Assembly (NCBI GenBank): GCA_035602665.1
Contig: DATNLV010000228.1
Span: 1 to 50,630, forward strand
Reading direction: 5' to 3'
DNA: 50,630 nt
From: Bryobacteraceae bacterium
GTDB taxonomy: Bacteria > Acidobacteriota > Terriglobia > Bryobacterales > Bryobacteraceae
Made by a program: the position numbers and the translations under genes
Shown here: positions 15,924 through 25,046 of the stretch, in pieces
How positions within the stretch are numbered: position 1 is the stretch's first letter
Layout: every line of letters starts with the position of its first letter
The notes under the pieces: model-generated
The model's database searches: none
The model's input: only the letters and a program-made list of their open reading frames with translations
Told to the model about the DNA's origin: nothing

Positions 15924-17282
15924 TCACCGCTCGATCGCGTACTTCTTGATCTTCTCGTACAGCGTCGAGCGCTCGATTCCCAACGTCGCCGCCGTCTCCT
16001 TGATATTGCCGTCGTGCCGCCGCAGCGTCGCCTCGATCGCTTGTTTCTCGATCTCCTGCAGGCTGAGGTTCGTCGGCACGCTCCACGCTTTGCGGCCATC
16101 GACGGCGTGGCCGAGAAACGCGAAATCCTCCTCCGTCAGCACCCGCCCGTGGCAGGTGACAACGGCGCGCTCGATCGCATTCTCGAGCTCGCGCACATTG
16201 CCCGGCCACTCGTGATCGAGCAGCACCTTCAGCGCTCCGTCCGAAAGCTCGGCCAGGTCCTTGCGTAGCTCGTGCGCGATCCGCTCCACGAAGTGGTTGG
16301 CCAGCAGCGGAATGTCCTCGCGGCGTTCGCGCAGCGGCGGAATGCGCGCTTCGATCACGTTGAGCCGGTAGAACAGGTCGTCGCGGAAGCGGCCATCCGC
16401 CACCGCCTGCTCCAGGTTGACGTGGGTCGCGGCGATCACCCGCACGTCCACCTGCACCTCCTCGGCCCCGCCCAGCCGGTAGAACGAGCGCTCCTGCAAC
16501 ACGCGCAGCAGGTCCACCTGCAGCTTGGGCGAAATGTCGCCGATCTCGTCCAGGAAAATCGTGCCTCCGTCGGCTAGCTCGAACTTGCCCTTCTTGCGGT
16601 CGGCCGCGCCGGTGAAGGCGCCCTTCTCGTAACCGAACAACTCGGATTCCAGCAGCGTTTCCGCCAGCGCCGCGCAGGAGACGCCGATAAACGGTTTGCC
16701 CGCGCGCGAGCCGGAATAGTGGATCGCCCGCGCGATGAGTTCCTTCCCGGTCCCGCTTTCCCCGCGAATCAACACGGTGTTCTTCAGGCTGGCGACATCC
16801 TCGGCCAGCTGCATCAGGTCGTGCATCCGCGCGTTTTTGCTGAGGATGTCCTGGAAGCGGTACTGCCGCGTCAGCTTCTTGCGCAGGATCGCGTTCTCCC
16901 GCTGCAGGTTCTTGAGCTTGATGATGCGGCCCACCAGCAGAGAAATCTCCGCCGGGTTGCACGGCTTGACGATGTATTCCTGCGCGCCCTCCTTCATCGC
17001 GGCCACCGCGGTATCGACCGTGGCGTAGGCGGTGATGATCACCACGGATGCCTCGGGCTGGAACCTGCGGATCTCGATCATGGTTTCGATCCCGTCCAGG
17101 CCGCCCGGCATTCTCAGGTCGATGAAGTAGATCGCGTAGGGGCGCGAGCGCGCCTTGTCGATGGCCTCGCCGCCCGACGCCGCGGTATCGACGGCGTAGC
17201 CGTCCTCCCGCAGCCAGGCAGCCAGCGACTCCGCCATCAGCTCCTCGTCATCCACTACCAGGATTTCCCAATTCGCCTTCAT
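15924..17282 (-). CDS. Sigma-54-dependent response regulator (REC-AAA+-Fis HTH, NtrC family)
   Basis: 452 aa. REC (ILVVDDE...[12 protein letters not shown]), Walker A GESGTGKE, sigma-54 contact loop GAFTGA, C-terminal HTH ([18 protein letters not shown]). ATGA overlap with the kinase gene. Confidence 0.95.
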   Translation of the reverse strand: MKANWEILVVDDEELMAESLAAWLREDGYAVDTAASGGEAIDKARSRPYAIYFIDLRMPGGLDGIETMIEIRRFQPEASVVIITAYATVDTAVAAMKEGAQEYIVKPCNPAEISLLVGRIIKLKNLQRENAILRKKLTRQYRFQDILSKNARMHDLMQLAEDVASLKNTVLIRGESGTGKELIARAIHYSGSRAGKPFIGVSCAALAETLLESELFGYEKGAFTGAADRKKGKFELADGGTIFLDEIGDISPKLQVDLLRVLQERSFYRLGGAEEVQVDVRVIAATHVNLEQAVADGRFRDDLFYRLNVIEARIPPLRERREDIPLLANHFVERIAHELRKDLAELSDGALKVLLDHEWPGNVRELENAIERAVVTCHGRVLTEEDFAFLGHAVDGRKAWSVPTNLSLQEIEKQAIEATLRRHDGNIKETAATLGIERSTLYEKIKKYAIER

Positions 17283-18922
17283 TTGGTCTGACTCGCTACC
17301 GGGCTACCTTTGCCCTCCACATCCGCCGGCGTGGCCTGCGCAGCCAGGGGCAGCGTGACCGAGAAACAGGTGCCCTCCCCCGGCTTGCTCGTTACTTCGA
17401 TGTCGCCGCCATGCTCCTGCACGATCCCGTAAGTCACCGCCAGTCCCAGCCCCACTCCCTTGCCCTCGGGCTTGGTGGTGAAAAACGGGTCGAAGATCTT
17501 CGCCAGATTCTCCGGAGCGATGCCGTCGCCATTGTCCTCCACCGCGAGCACCACCACGCCCGCATCCGGGCGAGCCCGTGTACGAATGGCGATCCGCCCC
17601 TCGCTGCGACGCTGCACTGCCGCCGCCGCGTTCAGCAGCAGATTGATGATGACCTGCTGCATCTGCGCGCTGTCGCACTCGACCGCCGGCAAATCGGCCT
17701 CCAAATCGAGAACGGTTTCGGCGCCGGCGAGCTTGAGCTTGTGCGCCACCAGGGACAGCGTCGTCCGCACCACCTTGTTCAGGTCCGCCTTGCTCCGTTG
17801 CGGCTTCGAGCGCCGCGCGAAAGACAGCAGGTCAGAAACGATCCGCCCCACGCGCCCGGTCTCGCCCACCACGATGGAGAGGTAGCGCCGAAACTCCTCC
17901 AGCCGGCCCGCCGGAACGCCATCGTCCTTCACCATGCGCTGCATGAGCATGGAGAGATTCAGCACCGTGGACACCGGGTTGTTCACTTCGTGAGCCACGC
18001 TGGCGGCAAGCTGGCCGAGCGAGGCCATGCGATCGCTCTGCAGCAATCTCTGGTGAGCGGCCTTGAGCTGTTCGGTGCGGCGCTCCACTTTTCCTTCCAG
18101 GCCCTGGTTCACTTGATTGATCTCCGCCAGGGCATCGCGCAGCCGCTCGCGCATTCGGTTGAACGAGTGCGCCAGCTGGTTCAGTTCCTCGCTGCTCTCG
18201 ATCGGCTCGACGGGCTTATCGAGCTCCATCGCGCTCACGGCGTGTGTGCCGTCGATCAGCTTGCCGATCGGAACCGTGACGAAGTGATGCGTGAAGAACA
18301 CGACAAACAGGCTGAGCAGCAGTATCTGGATGCCGGTGACCAGGTACACGCGCGTCTGCATGGCGCGCACTTCGCGGTCCACCGGGCTGAGGTCCAGGGC
18401 AAGGTCCAGCACCCCGAGCACGCGCACATCGGCGGGATGGGCGTGGCACGCGGACTCGCTGCATGCCTTTTCGTTGTAGATCGGCGTCACCATCACCAGG
18501 CTGCGGTGCCCGTTGCTGGCCGCGAACACGCGTACCCGCGAGCGCGACTCGATCTTCACCTTGGGTGGGACTCCGGTGTGGCAGCGGGCGCAAGGGTCTT
18601 CGGACTTGTCCAGGTCGTGCCCCGGAACCGGGTCGGTCGAGAACATCAGCCGGCCGGTCCGGTTGAAGATGCGTATGCGGTCGATGCCCTGCGTGCGGGC
18701 GATGGCCTGCATCACCTGAAAGGCGGTCTCGCGGTGGTCGCGCAGCATCGCGTGCCAGGTGGCGCTGGTGATGCCGTGAGAAAGCTGGTCCGCCCCGACG
18801 ATCATGGCGTTCAGGAGCTGGCGTTCCTGGGTCTTGATATTCACCACGCCCCAAACGGCGGCGAGGACGATCACGATCACCGTGAGCGACAAGACGAGTT
18901 TCTGAGACAGCCTCTTTGGCAC
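17279..18922 (-). CDS. Sensor histidine kinase with periplasmic Cys/His-motif domain, HAMP, HisKA, HATPase_c
   Basis: 547 aa, GTG start. TM1 at residues 9-27 and TM2 around 193-212. The periplasmic segment carries CARCH (CxxCH) and CSESACH (Cx4CH). H-box [10 protein letters not shown]; G-boxes DNGDGI and GKGVGLGL. Confidence 0.95.
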   Translation of the reverse strand: MPKRLSQKLVLSLTVIVIVLAAVWGVVNIKTQERQLLNAMIVGADQLSHGITSATWHAMLRDHRETAFQVMQAIARTQGIDRIRIFNRTGRLMFSTDPVPGHDLDKSEDPCARCHTGVPPKVKIESRSRVRVFAASNGHRSLVMVTPIYNEKACSESACHAHPADVRVLGVLDLALDLSPVDREVRAMQTRVYLVTGIQILLLSLFVVFFTHHFVTVPIGKLIDGTHAVSAMELDKPVEPIESSEELNQLAHSFNRMRERLRDALAEINQVNQGLEGKVERRTEQLKAAHQRLLQSDRMASLGQLAASVAHEVNNPVSTVLNLSMLMQRMVKDDGVPAGRLEEFRRYLSIVVGETGRVGRIVSDLLSFARRSKPQRSKADLNKVVRTTLSLVAHKLKLAGAETVLDLEADLPAVECDSAQMQQVIINLLLNAAAAVQRRSEGRIAIRTRARPDAGVVVLAVEDNGDGIAPENLAKIFDPFFTTKPEGKGVGLGLAVTYGIVQEHGGDIEVTSKPGEGTCFSVTLPLAAQATPADVEGKGSPVASQTK

Positions 18923-19023
18923 TTCTGACCCGAGTTCTGATTATCCTCCAAGGGCCGAGGCAGATCTACGGGTCTGAATCTACCGATAGCGCCGCGGAGA
19001 GACAATAGCCCTGGAAGGTGACG

Positions 19024-19335
19024 ATGCGAGTGATTGCGGACCTATGCTTGATTCCGATCGGTATTGGCGTATCGGTCTCCAAGGAAATCGCCGCGTGCGA
19101 GCGCGTGCTGGCCGAGGCGGGCCTGAAGACCAGGCTGCACGCCTACGGCACCAACATCGAAGGCGAATGGGACGACGTCTTCGCCGCCATCAAGCGCTGC
19201 CACGAAGTGGTGCACGCCATGGGCGCGCCGCGCATCTCGTCGAGCCTTCGATTTGGAACCAGAACCGATCGCCCCCAGACCATGGACGACAAGGTTCACA
19301 GCGTCGAGGACAAGCTGGCGGGGGGCGGGCTTTAG
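19024..19335 (+). CDS. MTH1187/YkoF (DUF77, UPF0045) family protein
   Basis: MRVIADLCLIPIGIGVSVSKEIAACERVL...YGTNIEGEWDDVFAAIKRCHE matches the DUF77 pattern. ATG at 19024 is preferred over the GTG at 19018. The stop codon lies inside the first hairpin of the downstream repeat. Confidence 0.85.
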   Translation: MRVIADLCLIPIGIGVSVSKEIAACERVLAEAGLKTRLHAYGTNIEGEWDDVFAAIKRCHEVVHAMGAPRISSSLRFGTRTDRPQTMDDKVHSVEDKLAGGGL

Positions 19336-19401
19336 CCCGCGCGGAACTTTAGTTCCGCCGTCCGCGGTGCGGGGCTAAGCCCCGCGCGGGCTCAAGCCCG
19401 C
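19325..19401. repeat. Array of four tandem GC-rich palindromic hairpins (family A) between convergent genes
   Basis: GCGGGCT-TT-AGCCCGC (19325-19340), GCGGAACT-TT-AGTTCCGC (19341-19358), GGGGC-TAA-GCCCC (19371-19383), GCGGGCT-CA-AGCCCGC (19386-19401). Probably acts as a bidirectional terminator. Confidence 0.7.
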
Positions 19402-19412
19402 CCCCCTCAGCC

Positions 19413-21599
19413 CTATTCCACTCGGTCGAAAATCACCATCGTGCTGTCGAAATCGCCGCCCAGCCGCAGCGTCACCCCGCGATTCAACAGCGCGGCGCCG
19501 GTGATGGTGTCGTGCCCGTCCGCCAGCTTGCCGTCGATGGTACGTATCCGATAGACGGCCTCCGCGTCGAGTCCGCGCAGTCGCACAGCGGGCACCGGCC
19601 TGAGCAGCTGCTGGTCCTGCAGGAACGCGAACAGCACCGCCTGGCGTCCGTCCTCCGACACATATTGGTTCGCCGTGAGCGTGCCCTCGCGCGGAGAGAA
19701 CAGCCTGTAGAGCCGGCCCTGCTGCACCGTCTCGCGGATGTCTTTGTAGAAACCGATCATCTGCCCGCCGAGAGTGAAATCGGCATCCGACCAGTGGTTC
19801 AGGTTCGCGCCGATTCCGAGCGACCCCATCATGGCCACCAGAAAACGGAACTTCAGCGGCGTGCTGCGGCCGTTCAGGCTCGGCACGTCCGTGACCCAGG
19901 CCATCATCACCTTGGGCGCGTACGCGGCGCTGAAGCCATCCTGGATGCGCAGCCGGTCGAAGGCTTCGGTGTTGTCCGAGGTCCACACCTGGTCCACCCG
20001 GCTCAGCATGCCCAGATCGACCCGCCCGCCGCCGCCGGAGCACGACTCGATCTCCACGCCCGGGTGCTTCTCGCGCAGCCGGTCGATGATCGCGTAAACG
20101 TTGTTCACGTACTTCACCCAGATTTCCTTCTGCTGGGCCAGCGGAGCTTCGGGCCACCCGGGCTCGCTGAAGTTCCGGTTCATATCCCACTTCAGGAACG
20201 CGATGTGATTCTGGGTGAGGAGCTGATCGAGCACGCCGAAGATGTGCTCCTTGACGTCGTCGCGCGCCATGTTCAGGATGAGCTGATTGCGGCCCTCGGT
20301 GCGGGGCCGGCCCGGGAAATGCATGGCCCAGTCGGGATGCTGCCGGTAGAGATCGCTGTCCGGATTCACCATCTCCGGCTCCACCCACAAGCCGAACTTC
20401 ATGCCCAGCTTGTTGACCGTGGCGATCAGCCCGCCCAACCCGTTCGGGAACTTCTGCGGATTCACGTACCAGTCGCCCAGGCCCCGGTGATCGTCGTTGC
20501 GCTGTCCGAACCATCCGTCGTCCATGACGAACAGTTCGACGCCCAGCTTCGCCGCCTTCTCCGCCAGCGCCGTCTGTCCGGCCTCATTCACGTTGAAGGT
20601 GGTGGCTTCCCAGGAATTGTAGAGGACCGGCCGCGGATGCGGCGCCGCGCGGTCCGGCAGAATCCGCTCGCGCAGAAAACGATGCAGGATGCGCGAGCTT
20701 TCGCCGAATCCGCCGTCGGTGAACCCGGCATAGAACGGAGGCGTTTCGAGCGATTCGCCCGGCTGCAGCTGGTAACCGAAGTCGAAATCGTTGTAGCCGC
20801 CCGTGACGCTCACTCTCTGATGCGGCGTCTGCTCCACCACCAGCTTCCAGGTGCCGCTCCAACCCAGAGCGCCGAACCACACGCGTCCGTGTTCTTCGTC
20901 CGCCGCTCCGCCCTCGTCAATCGCGAACCACGGGTTGGCCTCATGGCTCGTCGTGCCGCGCCGGCTCTCCAGCACCTTCCGGCCGGTGTGTATGGGCTCG
21001 CGCGTGAGCTGCGTCTCGCCGGCCCAGCGGCCCGTCAGATAGCTCAGCCGATACCCGTCTCCGGCGGGCATGTACCACACCGCGGACTGCGCCGATTCGA
21101 GCGTCACCGGCTGCCCGGTGTCATTCGTGATCTTCACCTGCCGCCGGATGATGTCGTTGGCCGGATACACCTGGTAGACCACGTCCACCAGCAGGTTGTA
21201 CCCGATGTCCTTCAGCCGCACCGTGACGGTTTCGGGCCCCAGTTCGTGCGAGACATAGCGCAGCGCCACATCGCGCACGCCGTCGCCGAAGGTGATCTTG
21301 AGACACGGCTCGGCGTACTGCATGCCGCCCCATCCGGGATACTCTTCCGGGCTCTGGCCTTCGCGCGATTCGAAGGATGCGTGGTTCATCACCGTGTGCG
21401 CGGGGCTGAAGTCCTGGGCGCGTGTGACCTTCCCGCCCCAGTAAATGTTCTGAAGCGCGCCGTTTTCGTTCAGGCCGAAAACGTAACTGGTATGCGCGGT
21501 CTCGAGCAGGAAGATCTTCGACTCGGGCACATAGCGGACCGCGCCCACAGCCGGGCATCCCATGAGCGCAACCATAGCAAATGCGCGGAAGGGTTTCAT
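19413..21599 (-). CDS. Alpha-galactosidase, glycoside hydrolase family 36, secreted
   Basis: About 728 aa. Signal peptide MKPFRAFAMVALMGCPAVGA. GH36 blocks KLGMKFGLWVEPEMVNPDSDLYRQHPDW and CSGGGGRVDLGMLSRVDQVWTSDNTEA. The ORF-track start is a GTG at 21605; the ATG is at 21599. Confidence 0.93.
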   Translation of the reverse strand: MKPFRAFAMVALMGCPAVGAVRYVPESKIFLLETAHTSYVFGLNENGALQNIYWGGKVTRAQDFSPAHTVMNHASFESREGQSPEEYPGWGGMQYAEPCLKITFGDGVRDVALRYVSHELGPETVTVRLKDIGYNLLVDVVYQVYPANDIIRRQVKITNDTGQPVTLESAQSAVWYMPAGDGYRLSYLTGRWAGETQLTREPIHTGRKVLESRRGTTSHEANPWFAIDEGGAADEEHGRVWFGALGWSGTWKLVVEQTPHQRVSVTGGYNDFDFGYQLQPGESLETPPFYAGFTDGGFGESSRILHRFLRERILPDRAAPHPRPVLYNSWEATTFNVNEAGQTALAEKAAKLGVELFVMDDGWFGQRNDDHRGLGDWYVNPQKFPNGLGGLIATVNKLGMKFGLWVEPEMVNPDSDLYRQHPDWAMHFPGRPRTEGRNQLILNMARDDVKEHIFGVLDQLLTQNHIAFLKWDMNRNFSEPGWPEAPLAQQKEIWVKYVNNVYAIIDRLREKHPGVEIESCSGGGGRVDLGMLSRVDQVWTSDNTEAFDRLRIQDGFSAAYAPKVMMAWVTDVPSLNGRSTPLKFRFLVAMMGSLGIGANLNHWSDADFTLGGQMIGFYKDIRETVQQGRLYRLFSPREGTLTANQYVSEDGRQAVLFAFLQDQQLLRPVPAVRLRGLDAEAVYRIRTIDGKLADGHDTITGAALLNRGVTLRLGGDFDSTMVIFDRVE

Positions 21600-21640
21600 T
21601 GGCACTGAGTATAGCGGACCGATAAACGACTTCGCGACTG

Positions 21641-21728
21641 GTGGGGCGGCTCTCTAGAGCTGCGCCGGACTTCCACGTCCGGTCAGGCGGGTCTGGAGAC
21701 CCGCTGCAGGACTGGAGTCCTGCCCCAC
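21641..21728. repeat. Composite hairpin repeat (family B unit followed by family C unit)
   Basis: GCTCT-CT-AGAGC (21649-21660), CCGGAC-TTCCAC-GTCCGG (21665-21682), GCGGGTCT-GG-AGACCCGC (21687-21704), GCAGGACT-GG-AGTCCTGC (21706-21723), then CCCAC. Confidence 0.7.
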
Positions 21729-21731
21729 ACC

Positions 21732-23294
21732 TCAGTCTTCCTGCGGCTGCGCCCCGGTCTCGAGCTCCAGGCGCACGTCCTTGGGAGCGGTGCCGTTCCA
21801 CTTGGTGAAAGACTCTCTCACGATGCGGAAGATCGAGCCCCGGTTTTGTCCGATCACCTTCAGCCAGCCCCAGGCTCCCTTCGGCGGGAAGTAGATGCCA
21901 CGGAAAAAAATCCGCGCGATCATGTGACTGATCTTGTAGGGGACCGGCTCATCCGCGATCGACTCCAGTGCCCGGGCGGTCTCCGCGGGACTGTACGAGT
22001 TGGCCCAGGCGGAATGGACTTCGTCCTGCACCTCGGGGATGGTCATCTTCAGCGGCGTGTGGGCCATGTGAAATGGCGCGAACTCGAGCCAGTGTTTCGG
22101 CCGCGTCAGCCGCCCTTCCTTCGCCAGGCGGTCGTACAGGGGCGTCGCCGGGAACGGCGTGATCTGCCCGAAGACCGGCAGCACCGGAGGCCAGTCGCGT
22201 ATCTGGCTCAACGTGCGCTCGGCGACGCCGGGCGTGTCGTTGTCCAGGCCGAAGATGAAGGACGTGATCGCGTACACGTTTCTCTGCGCCAGCCGCTGAA
22301 GCACGGCCGCGTATTCGCCGGGCTTGTTGAAGCTCTTGTTCACGCTGGCCAGGTTGGCCGGATCGAGAGACTCCATGCCGATGAAGATCCACTTCCCGCC
22401 CGAATCCGCGATCAGGTCCACCAGTTCCTGGTCGCGCAGAAGGTTGGCGCTGATCTGGGCGACCCAGGCCAGTTGCGCGCCGGCGGAGATGATGTCGCGC
22501 AGCAGCGTCTTGGTGCGCCTCACGTTGATGGCGAAGTTGTCGTCGACGAAGAAGACCGCGATCTTGCCCCGGGTGCGCTGCATACGCGCCTTCAGACGCA
22601 GCATTTCGTCCACGATGCTCCTGTTGGAGCGGAAGCGGATCGAATCGCCGAAGAATCCGGTGACGGTGCAGAAGTCGCATCCATAGGGGCAGCCGCGGCC
22701 CGATTCGATGGGGATGATGTGGAACGTCTCCCACGGCCACTTGAAGCGATGCATCATCGCGCGAAAGAACCCGGAGATCCGGTTGAACTGAGCGAGATCG
22801 AGCGACTGCCAGGGGATCTCGGGGTAGTTCTTCAGAGTCGGCTTGTGCTCTTTGCCCGATGCATCCACCGGGGCGTAGATTTCCTTCAGCCGCCCGGCTG
22901 CCGCGTCTTCGACGATAGCGGGCCAGGTTTCGTCGGCCTCGCCCAGAGCGATGGCGTCGGCATGGCGCGGCCCGCCGTCGCGGCCGAGCGCTTCATCCGG
23001 CGCCTCGGTGACGTGCGGCCCTCCCATCACCACGGGAACGCCGGCGGCGCGCACGGCGTCGGCGACGCGGTACGCCTTGGCGACCATACGGGTCATGGCG
23101 CCGATCCCCACCAGCCCGACGTGTTCGGCGAGCACATAGCGCACCAGGTCGGCATCGCTCATGGGCCGCGTGTTGCCATCGATCAGCAACACCTCATGCC
23201 CTGGCGGGGTCAGCGACTGGAGCAGAAACATCCACAGGTGTGGCATGAAATTCTTGGTCACACCGTTGTCGGGACAATAGAGAAGAATCTTCAT
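21732..23294 (-). CDS. B12-binding-domain radical SAM enzyme (class B), substrate unknown
   Basis: 520 aa. N-terminal cobalamin-binding-like Rossmann region (LVGIGAMT...VPVVMGGPHVT). Radical SAM cluster motif CPYGCDFC. Long C-terminal extension. Confidence 0.9.
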   Translation of the reverse strand: MKILLYCPDNGVTKNFMPHLWMFLLQSLTPPGHEVLLIDGNTRPMSDADLVRYVLAEHVGLVGIGAMTRMVAKAYRVADAVRAAGVPVVMGGPHVTEAPDEALGRDGGPRHADAIALGEADETWPAIVEDAAAGRLKEIYAPVDASGKEHKPTLKNYPEIPWQSLDLAQFNRISGFFRAMMHRFKWPWETFHIIPIESGRGCPYGCDFCTVTGFFGDSIRFRSNRSIVDEMLRLKARMQRTRGKIAVFFVDDNFAINVRRTKTLLRDIISAGAQLAWVAQISANLLRDQELVDLIADSGGKWIFIGMESLDPANLASVNKSFNKPGEYAAVLQRLAQRNVYAITSFIFGLDNDTPGVAERTLSQIRDWPPVLPVFGQITPFPATPLYDRLAKEGRLTRPKHWLEFAPFHMAHTPLKMTIPEVQDEVHSAWANSYSPAETARALESIADEPVPYKISHMIARIFFRGIYFPPKGAWGWLKVIGQNRGSIFRIVRESFTKWNGTAPKDVRLELETGAQPQED

Positions 23295-23306
23295 TGGTTC
23301 ACGACT

Positions 23307-25046
23307 TCATTGACGGACTACTTCTGGCGTGGGCGCGCCGGCTAGCAGTGTTGTCTCCAAGGCCAACGGCGCTTCCGCCGCGGCCCAGTTGCACCGATCG
23401 AGGATGGTCTCGGGTTCGTAGGTCACACCGCGGGCGAGCCGCCTTTCTTCGCGAATGGTGGTCCACAGCAAAACGGGGCCAAGCAGGAGGGCGGTCAGAC
23501 GCGAGATCGTCCCGAACTCGCGGCCGATCTCCAGGCGCAGAGCGCGAATCTCGGCGCTCCCCAGTGGATTGCCACCCCTGAGCCGGTGCTCCATGGCCCA
23601 CAGCAGAGCGCTATAAGAGGTGCGCAAAGGGCGCACCTCCCACTCGAATCGCTCGCGGATACGCGGGTCCGGGTGGCTCTTGTATCGCCGCCATCCTGCG
23701 AGCGTGGTGCGGCAGATGCGGAACAGGCTCGGGCCGTTGAGCTTGAAGTCCCGCCGGAAAGCCCAGTCCAGCCAGCGCTTCGAATCCTCGCGGGAAATGG
23801 CCGCGTGGCGGAAGTTGAACCGGTCCTGCCCGTGCATGTCGGCGACGTCCAGACCTTCGAGCATGCGGCCCTGGCTCAGCATTTCGGAGTAGAGCGGCGT
23901 GCCGGGGGCCGGCGTGTAGAGCATGAACTGGTGGAAGTCGGTCTGATGCGCCACGGCGTGCTCGATCTCCTTCTCAATGTTCTCGGACGTGTGGTGCTCG
24001 AGGCCGATTATCGTAGAGCCGAGCAGCTTGATGCCGTGCGAGTGCAACTCGCGCGCCAGTGTCAGGGTATCACTTCCATGCAGCTTCCCGTACGAGGCGT
24101 GCGGCGACTCGAGTCCCATCCAGATCCAGGAGATGCCCAGGCCCACCAATTCCTCGATCGAATACTGGCGGATGGCGTTGGCCGAGGCGAACACGTACAA
24201 CGCCCAGGCCTTGTTCGCGCTCTTCATGCGATCCAGAAGCTCCAGCGCCCGCTTGCGATAGAGCAGGAAGTTCTCGTCCATGATGAAAAAGGACCGCGCC
24301 TTGAGGGCCGCTTCGGCTTCCGACATCACGTCAAACAGCTCGTCTCCGGTTTCGTAGAAGTTGTGGAACTTACCCTTGCCTCCGAAGAAAGCGGACGTGG
24401 CGCAGAAGTTGCAGCCCATCGGGCACCCCACCGACGGAACGATCGTCGCCGCGACCGAGCTCTCCGATTGCGGGTCGCTGATGCCCATGGCGCGGGTTCC
24501 GAATCCCGACACGATGTGCGGATGGCGTATGGGCGCGCTCTCGTCTTCGCCCAGGTAGCGGCGCATCCAGGAGATGCCTTCGCCGCGCACGAAGTGGTCG
24601 GCGTCGACCATCTGCTCGATGCCGGGCATCGCGGTGACGTGGCCGCCCACGACGATCGCGGATTTCGGCGACCGGCGCCGCACCATGCGGCACATCTCCC
24701 GGACCTTGCCGAGGTTGATGACGATCGAGGAGATCCCCACGATGTCGTACCCACCGGCGGCCAGTTCCCGCTCGAAGATGTCGCGGGTGGGGAAGTCGAG
24801 CACCGCGCATGGGGCGGAGATGTTCCGCTGGATCATCATCAGGCCCCAGGAGCGGTGGAACATCCGCAGCGAGAACGCGCCCTGCTCGCGCGTCACCTGG
24901 TTGTGATAGAGCTCCATGGGGTTGATGCGGCGGCTGCCGAACTCGTCGTCCTGGGCGTAGGGTCCGAACACGGACGTGAGGAGGATGCGGGCGCCCGAGC
25001 CCTTGGGGTGCCGCTCCAACGACCGCGCGGATAGGAGGTCAGTCAC
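23307..25046 (-). CDS. B12-binding-domain radical SAM enzyme (class B), second, divergent paralogue
   Basis: 579 aa, GTG start after GGGAG. B12-like region (DIVGISSIV...AIVVGGHVT). Radical SAM motif CPMGCNFC. Stops 12 nt before the next rSAM gene. Its start overlaps the stop of the upstream receiver gene by 8 nt. Confidence 0.9.
   Translation of the reverse strand: MTDLLSARSLERHPKGSGARILLTSVFGPYAQDDEFGSRRINPMELYHNQVTREQGAFSLRMFHRSWGLMMIQRNISAPCAVLDFPTRDIFERELAAGGYDIVGISSIVINLGKVREMCRMVRRRSPKSAIVVGGHVTAMPGIEQMVDADHFVRGEGISWMRRYLGEDESAPIRHPHIVSGFGTRAMGISDPQSESSVAATIVPSVGCPMGCNFCATSAFFGGKGKFHNFYETGDELFDVMSEAEAALKARSFFIMDENFLLYRKRALELLDRMKSANKAWALYVFASANAIRQYSIEELVGLGISWIWMGLESPHASYGKLHGSDTLTLARELHSHGIKLLGSTIIGLEHHTSENIEKEIEHAVAHQTDFHQFMLYTPAPGTPLYSEMLSQGRMLEGLDVADMHGQDRFNFRHAAISREDSKRWLDWAFRRDFKLNGPSLFRICRTTLAGWRRYKSHPDPRIRERFEWEVRPLRTSYSALLWAMEHRLRGGNPLGSAEIRALRLEIGREFGTISRLTALLLGPVLLWTTIREERRLARGVTYEPETILDRCNWAAAEAPLALETTLLAGAPTPEVVRQ

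Noticed and set aside
18923-19023. Possible TPP riboswitch ahead of the DUF77/YkoF-like (thiamine-binding family) gene
   Set aside because: I could not find the conserved CUGAGA / ACCUGAUCUGGAUAAUGCCAGCG-type elements. The region is only ~100 nt and also has to hold the divergent kinase promoter.
19325-19401. Could the short palindromic repeats be a CRISPR array?
   Set aside because: The units are directly adjacent hairpins without unique spacers of regular length. Copies are dispersed singly at gene boundaries, and no cas genes are present.
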